DNA of 64,000 bases from the NCBI GenBank assembly GCA_050916045.1, contig CP051526.1, positions 1,408,001-1,472,000 of the forward strand, written 5' to 3'. The translations under genes and the position numbers were made by a program. Source of the stretch: Tepidisphaera sp. Its GTDB lineage: Bacteria; Planctomycetota; Phycisphaerae; Phycisphaerales; UBA1924. Below the pieces are notes generated by a model. It searched no databases and was not told the origin of the DNA. It was given only the letters and a program-made list of their open reading frames with translations. Positions 57,254 to 64,000 of this stretch are shown piece after piece (positions within the stretch are counted from its first letter, which is position 1; each line of letters starts with the position of its first letter).

Positions 57254-59614
57254 ATGAAGACCTTTGGTCACACACGCGTCGGTCACATTCGGGGTGTCGT
57301 GGCGCCGGGGCTGCTGGCCCTCGCGGCTTTGGCTCCCACAGGAGTCGTGAACGCCCAGTGTAACGGTTTTTCATTGCAGACCTCCGGCGGTGCGGCGATC
57401 GTTCCCGGGACGTTCGACATCGGCAACCACTGCGACGATTGCATGACCGCCCTTGCTCTCCCTTTCCCGATCAGCATGTACGGCACCGCGTATAGCGCGA
57501 TCAACGTCAGCAGCAACGGGACGGTGCAGTTCGTCTCCGACGATGCGACGTACGGAAACGACTGCCTCCCTCGGGGCGAGCTCGGCGTGGCGATCTGCCC
57601 GCACTGGGATGATCTCATGACCGACGGGCCCGGGCACGGGATCTTCCGGTCCATCACGGGCGTAGCGCCCAATCGGGTTTTGGGGCTTGAGTGGCGCGGG
57701 CGGTATTACTCCGGCGGCGGCACGGTGAATTTCGAATTGCGTCTCTACGAGGACAACTCGCGGATCGAAGTGGTGTACGGCGCGATGGATGAGGGCGGGA
57801 TCGGCGCCACGATCGGCGTTCAGGATCTGTCCCGCCCGCCGACGCAGTATTCGTGCAACACCGGCGGGCTTATCGCTCCCGGAACCAAGCTGACTTTCGC
57901 GTGCTACAACGGGCCCACGGGCACGGGGGCTGCATCGCCGAACACGGTCTACGCGTGCGGGGATCAGGGCGTGACGCTGCTGAGCGTGGAGGTCACGCCC
58001 GGCGTCAGCCCGCCGAGCACGGGGATCACGGTGCTGGCGGACCTGACGAGCATCGGCGGCGTCGCGAACCAGCCGTTCTATGACGACGGCACGAACGGCG
58101 ATCTGGTGGCGGGCGACAACATCTGGAGCTTCCGCCTGACGGTCCCGCCGCTGACGCCGCCGGGCCCGAAGAACATCCCCTACATCCTCGGGGACGATCA
58201 GGGACGCTCGACGTCGGGTGTGCTGGGGCTGACGACCAATCCTTGCGCATCGACCGGGCCCGACGTGATCGTCGTCGGCCTGACGGATGTCAACTACTAC
58301 GGCGCGGTGGGGAATATCTCCGCGTATGCGATCGGCACCGACGCGTGCAACCGCGGCGATGTTCCCGTGCTTTGGATTCAGGGCGGGACCGAGCATCCGC
58401 TCATCGCGCAGAACATGTACCGGCTCAAGAACGGGCGGTTCGAGCAGATCGGGCAGTCGTTCCTCAAGCACAGCTTCCAGTCGCTCAATTCGCCGGGGTG
58501 CGCGACGTGCGTGCAGCCGCCGATGGGCGGGGCCCAGCTCGGCGTCGGGTGTTCAGACGTGTACGGCGCGGGGTACAACGGCAGTCAGGGGAACCTGGGA
58601 CGCCGTTCGACGGTGAACCCGACGACGGGCGTCTTTTCGTGGCCGCCGCCCCCTCCCGCGACGGATGCGATCGGCCAGCGGCTCCAAGTCTTCACGAGCG
58701 ATATCGATCCCGCGCTCAATCAGGGTGCGCTCTACTTCGGCGAGGCTCAGTATGTGACGGCCGACGACGCCCAGTGGGTCAATCCGCTCAACTCCGGGAC
58801 GCCGGCGACCAACGGGCTCAACAACGCCTCGTACCAAAGGATCACGATCGCCAGCACGACCGCCGCCCCGCAGATCGTGGGGCCGGCCCGCGTGATGTCG
58901 CCCGCGATTCAGGCGTGGAAGGACAACGACCCCGCGGTTTCGATGGCGGTGGCGGACTACGTCGACACTTCGATCGCGGGCCCGGGGATCGTCTGCCGGT
59001 TCTGGGTCGCGGGGAAAGCCACCGACAACGGGAACGGGACGTGGAACTACGAGTACGCGGTCTTCAACCTCAACGCCGATCGCGCGGGGGGGAGTTTCTC
59101 CGTGCCGCTGCCGGCGGGGGTCACGGTGAGCAACATCGGGTTCCACGGCGTCTTCGCGCACTCGGGCGAGCCGTACCCCAATACCGCGACGAACATGGAC
59201 GCGTGGCCCGGCGTGGCTTCGGATGGTCGCGTGACGTGGACGTGCCCCGAGCCGTTCCAACTGCCCAACGGCGACAACGCCAATGCGCTGCGTTGGGGGA
59301 CGATGTACAACTTCCGGTTTGACGCGAACGTCGCGCCGACGTCAGGATCCGCTCGCGTCGGACTTTTCAAGCCCGCGCCCGCCCCCGCGCCGACGCAGGC
59401 GGTGGCTGAGAACATCCCGACCCCCGGCACGCCGCCTTGCGAGGCCGACTTCAACAGCGACGGGTTTGTGGACTTCTTCGACTACGACGCGTTCGTGGAC
59501 TGCTTCGAGACGGGCGTGTGCCCCCCGGGCAAGAACGCGGACGTGAACGGCGACGGGTTCGTCGACTTCTTCGATTACGACGATTTCGTGGGCGTGTTCG
59601 AAGCAGGGTGCTGA
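57254..59614 (+). CDS. Large multidomain secreted protein with dockerin-like anchor
   Basis: Signal peptide; nidogen-like INVSSNG...PHWDDL; YDDGTNGDLVAGDNIW; HPLIAQNMYRLK...LKHSF domain; double dockerin-like repeat ending GC*. Confidence 0.88.
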   Translation: MKTFGHTRVGHIRGVVAPGLLALAALAPTGVVNAQCNGFSLQTSGGAAIVPGTFDIGNHCDDCMTALALPFPISMYGTAYSAINVSSNGTVQFVSDDATYGNDCLPRGELGVAICPHWDDLMTDGPGHGIFRSITGVAPNRVLGLEWRGRYYSGGGTVNFELRLYEDNSRIEVVYGAMDEGGIGATIGVQDLSRPPTQYSCNTGGLIAPGTKLTFACYNGPTGTGAASPNTVYACGDQGVTLLSVEVTPGVSPPSTGITVLADLTSIGGVANQPFYDDGTNGDLVAGDNIWSFRLTVPPLTPPGPKNIPYILGDDQGRSTSGVLGLTTNPCASTGPDVIVVGLTDVNYYGAVGNISAYAIGTDACNRGDVPVLWIQGGTEHPLIAQNMYRLKNGRFEQIGQSFLKHSFQSLNSPGCATCVQPPMGGAQLGVGCSDVYGAGYNGSQGNLGRRSTVNPTTGVFSWPPPPPATDAIGQRLQVFTSDIDPALNQGALYFGEAQYVTADDAQWVNPLNSGTPATNGLNNASYQRITIASTTAAPQIVGPARVMSPAIQAWKDNDPAVSMAVADYVDTSIAGPGIVCRFWVAGKATDNGNGTWNYEYAVFNLNADRAGGSFSVPLPAGVTVSNIGFHGVFAHSGEPYPNTATNMDAWPGVASDGRVTWTCPEPFQLPNGDNANALRWGTMYNFRFDANVAPTSGSARVGLFKPAPAPAPTQAVAENIPTPGTPPCEADFNSDGFVDFFDYDAFVDCFETGVCPPGKNADVNGDGFVDFFDYDDFVGVFEAGC

Positions 59615-59735
59615 CGGGGGGCGGATACTCGGCTCTGTATCATGACAGGGGAGTACGATCGGGGCGAATTCTGGGTATTTGTCCCATAACCTCGTCACGT
59701 GCTTGAGATTGTTCTGGCGACCGACATTGGCGGCT

Positions 59736-59744
59736 TGATACAAT
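59736..59744 (+). promoter_or_regulatory. Possible extended -10 promoter (TGATACAAT)
   Basis: TGn-TACAAT in an AT-richer intergenic region 57 nt before ATG 59801. Confidence 0.35.
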
Positions 59745-59800
59745 CAACGGACAGCATGCCCACTCTTGGATAGTGGGGCTCAACTCGGAGTACGCACACC

Positions 59801-60673
59801 ATGATTCGCCTCATCGTCTTGACGGTTTCTCCCGTTTTCGTGTTCGCGACTGCGGCCTCGGCCCAATGCGGAACCAGTGCCAATGCGCGTGCGGTTTCGC
59901 TCACGTGGGGCGATGGGCCGGGCGACGTCTCGTTTGACACCGGATTCGTCGCGTCGCCACTTGACGCCGTGGCATCGGTCGCGTCTTGGGATAGGAGTGT
60001 TTCCCGACAGGCCCAAGGGGAGATGGGCGTGCTTGTCACTGCGGAAGCTGGCCTCGTGCAGTTTCAGGCGAGCGGGCAGGCGCAGACCACATCGTCCGGG
60101 ATGTTCCTGTCCGCGTCGGGAGCGGGCTACTTCTCGGATCAATTGCTGGTGACTTCGGATTCGCTCCCGCCCGGTTCTCCCGTCGCGATTCGGTACACCG
60201 TGACGATCTCGGGCGTGCCATTGGTGATCGACAGCCTGCCTCAGGTGAGTTACTCCGCGACGTTGGGGCCATGCGTGTCGTCGGGGCTGTCGGGGCCCGG
60301 CTCGGCGAGCCAGACGTGCAACCACGTGGTGGGGCAGTCTTTCTCGATCAGCGGGTCTTTCACGGTTTCTCTGAACGCGGGCAGCATCAGCGGGTTCGGA
60401 CCGATCAGTTCATCGATCGCCGCGGACCTCGAGGCCCGCTGGACGATTGAGGTGCTCACGCCAGGGGCGAGGGTCGTGAGTTGTGCGGGGGCCTCTTACG
60501 GAGACTGCCCCGCGGACTTCAATGACGATGGGTTTTTGGACTTCTTCGATTACGACGCGTTTGTCGGCGCGTTCGAGGCGGGCTCCGGGTTGGTGGCGGA
60601 TTTCAACGGCGACGGGTTCGTCGATTTCTTCGATTACGACGCGTATGTGGGAGCGTTTGAAGCGGGTTGCTAG
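59801..60673 (+). CDS. Secreted Ser/Gly-rich protein with dockerin-like anchor
   Basis: SD GGAG, signal peptide ASA-Q, double DFNxDGF repeat ending GC*. Confidence 0.87.
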   Translation: MIRLIVLTVSPVFVFATAASAQCGTSANARAVSLTWGDGPGDVSFDTGFVASPLDAVASVASWDRSVSRQAQGEMGVLVTAEAGLVQFQASGQAQTTSSGMFLSASGAGYFSDQLLVTSDSLPPGSPVAIRYTVTISGVPLVIDSLPQVSYSATLGPCVSSGLSGPGSASQTCNHVVGQSFSISGSFTVSLNAGSISGFGPISSSIAADLEARWTIEVLTPGARVVSCAGASYGDCPADFNDDGFLDFFDYDAFVGAFEAGSGLVADFNGDGFVDFFDYDAYVGAFEAGC

Positions 60674-60733
60674 GGTCTGTCTCGCCGCCCCTAGTGGAGA
60701 CCGGACGGTGGAGCAGTTCGAAGGGAGACGATC

Positions 60734-61579
60734 ATGAGTGCCATCCGCCACACGACTCGGCGCGTGTTGATTCCGCTGCTCGCGGCCGGGTTCGCCGCGA
60801 CAAGCAGCGCCGACGTCCGTTTCTACGCCGACCGGCCGAACACCAACTCCGCGGATTTCCGCGACCGGTGCCTGTTCCTGGGCCCGGTGCCGGTCCGGTC
60901 GATCGACTTCTCGCTGCCGCCGGTCGGAGTCCTCGACCCCAGTTTCTTCCAGGCTTCCGCCGGGGTGACGGTGACGCTCGGTCTGGGCGGATCGGCTTCG
61001 ATCTTGGATGGTGTGGGCTCGCTCGCCGGGAACACGACGTGGAACGGGACGGGCGAGGGGCGGCTTCCCGAGCCAGCCCGCTACTACCACACGGGGTTTG
61101 GAGCCCCGACGCCCGTCGATTTCACCTTCGACCCGCCGGTGCGCGGCTTTGGCCTGATGACGGCGGACCTGTTCTTCTGGTTTCAGGGGACGCCTGCGGC
61201 GCGGCTTGAAGCCTTCGACGCCGCGGGCGTCTCGCTGGGTTTCGCCGATTCGTTCAACCAGAATTTCGAGTTCGATTACCAGTACTTCATGGGCGTGGTC
61301 GACAGCGCGGGCCGCATCACCCGCGTCCGGTTCACAAACTTTGGCCTGGCGGGCGACAGCGTCTATCTGACCGAAGCGTGGACCGCCCGAGGCGACCTGC
61401 GCTGCCGCGGAGATTTCAACAACGACGGGTTCGTGGATTTTTTCGACTACGACCTGTTCGTGCAGTGCTTTGAGGGCGGCGAGTGCCCGCCCGGCGGCGA
61501 TGCGGACTTCAACGACGACGGCTTCGCGGACTTCTTCGACTACGACGCGTTCGTCGCCCGCTTCGAAGCGGGCTGCTGA
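60734..61579 (+). CDS. Secreted protein with dockerin-like anchor
   Basis: SD AAGGGAG, signal peptide; FTFDPPVRGFG...FMGVVD...ITRVRF; double DFNxDGF repeat ending GC*. Confidence 0.87.
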   Translation: MSAIRHTTRRVLIPLLAAGFAATSSADVRFYADRPNTNSADFRDRCLFLGPVPVRSIDFSLPPVGVLDPSFFQASAGVTVTLGLGGSASILDGVGSLAGNTTWNGTGEGRLPEPARYYHTGFGAPTPVDFTFDPPVRGFGLMTADLFFWFQGTPAARLEAFDAAGVSLGFADSFNQNFEFDYQYFMGVVDSAGRITRVRFTNFGLAGDSVYLTEAWTARGDLRCRGDFNNDGFVDFFDYDLFVQCFEGGECPPGGDADFNDDGFADFFDYDAFVARFEAGC

Positions 61580-61773
61580 GGTCCTCTGCCTCCCCGCCCG
61601 CCCAACGCCCCCCAACGCCTCCCGCGCCCGTTCCGCGACCAGCCCAGAGCCCAGAGCTTCAGCGAGCGGGTCCGACGGCCAGCTGAATCGGAATGTTGTG
61701 GCAACGAGCTTTCCGCTTTCTTCCGCCACGACGACCGCTTGGATCACGGTCCGGGTTTGGGTAGACTGTCCGC

Positions 61774-63465
61774 GTGCGTCAGTCACGGCTCAAGAAGATC
61801 TTCCTCGAAGCGGCGGCCTTGCCCGAATCGGACCGCTTGCCCATGCTCGAACGCGAGTGTGCCGGGGATCGCGCGCTCCTGGCGGATGCAGGGGCCCTCT
61901 TGGCGTCTGACATCCGAGGGGACAGGAGTGGGGAAGAAGGCGAGCTGACGCGGTGGCTGGCCGGGGCGATTCCCGATCATGCATGGGATGAACTCTCGGG
62001 TTTGGGCGACACACGCCCGCCGATACAGCCCCGCCAACTCCGCACGAGCGACATGGTGGGCAAGTACACCATCACACGCACACTCGGCTCGGGAGGCTCT
62101 TCGTCGGTGTACGAGGCGGTCCGCCCGGGGCTTGACCGACCGGTCGCGCTCAAGGTCATGCACCACGCTCTGGCCAGCGATCACGACCGGTGGCGGTTCG
62201 AACACGAGGTGCGGGCGCTGTCGCGGCTCGAACACCCGTCGGTTGCGAGCGTGCTGGATTTCGGGATCGCACAGGACGAAAGGCCCTTCATCGTCACCGA
62301 GCGCATCGGCTCGGGCGGGGGCGAAGGGCAGGCCGTACCTTTCGCGCGGGCGGCAAAGCCGCTCAGCATCCCCGCGCGGCTCTCGATGATTCTCACGCTC
62401 TGCGACGCGGTGTCGCATGCGCACCAGCGCGGCGTCATCCACCGCGATCTCAAGTCCGCCAACGTGCTCGTCGCCACCGACGAGAACGGCACGCGCCGCC
62501 CTGTCATCGTCGACTTCGGCATCGCGCGCTCCTTCACGCCCTCTGGCAAGGGCGAGCCGCGACTCGCGAGCCACAAACGTGGAGAGAATGACGCTGCGGA
62601 GGCACAGTCCTCTCCGCACCCGTCCGATCCGTCGGCCGCGGTCCGCGGCCCGCGTGAGTTCTTCCCCCCTCGTCCCACGATCTACACCACGCCCGGACTC
62701 GTAATCGGCACCGTGGGCACGATGGCGCCCGAGCAGGCCTCGGGCGACCCCGACGCGGTGGACACACGCACCGACGTCTGGGGGCTTGGCGTGCTGTTGT
62801 TCGAGTCGCTCACGGGCGAGTTGCCGCATGGGATGCCCGGCCCCGGCCCGGGGGGGATGGCGTCGTGGCTTTCACGCGTGCAGCAGGCCGAGTGCAGGCG
62901 CGTGCGTAGCCTGGACCCGACGATCGCGCCGGATCTGGACGCGATCGTGAGCAAAGCGTTGTCGAGCGAGCGCGAGGGCCGTTACGTCTCCGCCGCCGCC
63001 CTGGCGCAGGACCTCAGGCGTTACCTCGCGGGCGAACCAACGCTTGCCCGCCCGGTGACCGCGCTCGAACGGGCATGGAAATGGACCCGGCGGCACAAGA
63101 AATCAGTCGCGACGGGTGCGGCTGTGCTGGTGATGGCGGCGGCCGCGGTGGATGCGACGGTGCGGGCGATCAGCGCGGAGCGGCGCGAACGGGACAGCCT
63201 CGTCGAGTCCTACTCGTACCTGCTCGACGGCCTCGTGACTGATGCCGTGACCAAGACGGCGACCCGAGATTTCCGTCGGCGTATCGCTGGCGATGCCGTC
63301 GAAGGCCTCGGGCGTGTGATCATGGAGCATCCGGACGACCACGGGCTCGCCGCTCTCTACGCCAAGGCACTCCAAAGCCTCGGCGTCTCAGCACCGAAGA
63401 TGGCGACCTCTCTTCGGCGCTCGTCGCCCAGAAGCGGTCACTCCGAGCATGGGACGAAGTCTTGA
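61774..63465 (+). CDS. Hanks-type Ser/Thr protein kinase, apparently frameshifted near 63385
   Basis: LGSGGSSSVY, VALK, HRDLKSANV, DFG, GTVGTMAPEQ, DVWGLG, TM helix; the last ~25 codons look out of frame. Confidence 0.88.
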   Translation: MRQSRLKKIFLEAAALPESDRLPMLERECAGDRALLADAGALLASDIRGDRSGEEGELTRWLAGAIPDHAWDELSGLGDTRPPIQPRQLRTSDMVGKYTITRTLGSGGSSSVYEAVRPGLDRPVALKVMHHALASDHDRWRFEHEVRALSRLEHPSVASVLDFGIAQDERPFIVTERIGSGGGEGQAVPFARAAKPLSIPARLSMILTLCDAVSHAHQRGVIHRDLKSANVLVATDENGTRRPVIVDFGIARSFTPSGKGEPRLASHKRGENDAAEAQSSPHPSDPSAAVRGPREFFPPRPTIYTTPGLVIGTVGTMAPEQASGDPDAVDTRTDVWGLGVLLFESLTGELPHGMPGPGPGGMASWLSRVQQAECRRVRSLDPTIAPDLDAIVSKALSSEREGRYVSAAALAQDLRRYLAGEPTLARPVTALERAWKWTRRHKKSVATGAAVLVMAAAAVDATVRAISAERRERDSLVESYSYLLDGLVTDAVTKTATRDFRRRIAGDAVEGLGRVIMEHPDDHGLAALYAKALQSLGVSAPKMATSLRRSSPRSGHSEHGTKS

Positions 63466-63998
63466 GGCTTGGACCAAAGACCCTCGACCATCGTCGCGCC
63501 GCCGCGACACAGCGTGTTCGGATCGGCGATGTCTTGCTCAGGCAAGGAGACTTCGCCGCGGCCAAAGCTCATTACACGCGATCACAGCGCGAGTACGAGG
63601 TCCTCCTCGAAGAATCGCCCGATCACGAGGGGCTTCTCGACGACCTGGCGTGGGGCTGCGAACGGCTGATCGCGATGAACGGCGACGATCCGCTCGTTCG
63701 CAGCTCGCTGTTGACTCAGCGTCTTGACTACTGCCGCAGGGTGGTGCGGATCGTCGGCGAGGGAAAGCGAGCCATCGGCGCCCGTCACAGCCTCGCGGAC
63801 GCTCTCGTCCAACTCTCGGTGAACACCAGCGACAGGGACCTGCATCGCGGCCTCGTCGACGAAGCGATCGTGCACACACGCGCGATCACTGCGGTCGAGC
63901 CGAACAACCGGTTCTTCCAGCGAGTTCATACGCTGACGTTGATCGCCATGGCGCGTTCTTCGCTTCTCGCCGGAGATGTCGATCGGGCGATCGACGGT
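63387..63998 (+). pseudogene. Out-of-frame TPR-like continuation of the kinase (3' partial)
   Basis: Frame is open to the window end: LSTEDGDLSSALVAQKRS...RIGDVLLRQGDFAAAKAHYTRS...PDHEGLLDDLAW; no evident independent start. Confidence 0.7.
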
Positions 63999-64000
63999 GC

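Noticed and set aside
49152..61579. Diversity-generating retroelement template/variable repeats among the dockerin tails
   Set aside because: Differences between copies are not adenine-specific, all copies are coding, and no reverse transcriptase is present.
54057..64000. Integrative element at the tRNA
   Set aside because: No integrase and no duplicated tRNA 3' end seen by eye within the window.

Overview
GC-rich bacterial DNA, most likely from a Phycisphaerales-type planctomycete. This is inferred from seven proteins ending in a C-x-x-DFNxDxFxDFFDY...GC* dockerin-like anchor, a VPTPG sorting tail, a membrane protein with a C-terminal zinc ribbon and a Ser/Thr kinase-TPR protein. Housekeeping genes are uvrA (5' partial), tilS, pyrD, recA, an MqnE-like radical SAM enzyme, a cyclophilin, a YgfZ-like protein and a CAT-anticodon tRNA. 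The window also holds an L-rhamnose-type catabolic cluster, ABC transporters, two orphan DNA methyltransferases, secreted peptidases and a tandem array of five dockerin-anchored secreted proteins. The most unusual structure lies just downstream of recA (26.9-31.5 kb): five co-oriented accessory genes, partly separated by a family of palindromic-ended repeats (two full-length ~150-bp copies, one collapsed). Both full-length copies start right after a stop codon, and a second, diverged copy of the recA 3' end plus its terminator abuts one of them. This looks like a cassette array growing from the recA tail with no integrase in view. Other observations: a REP-like repeat read in frame inside the mqnE-like gene, a long structured recA leader, a 21-bp tandem repeat tract, and a frameshifted kinase-TPR gene. 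All calls come from manual motif reading; no database searches were run.
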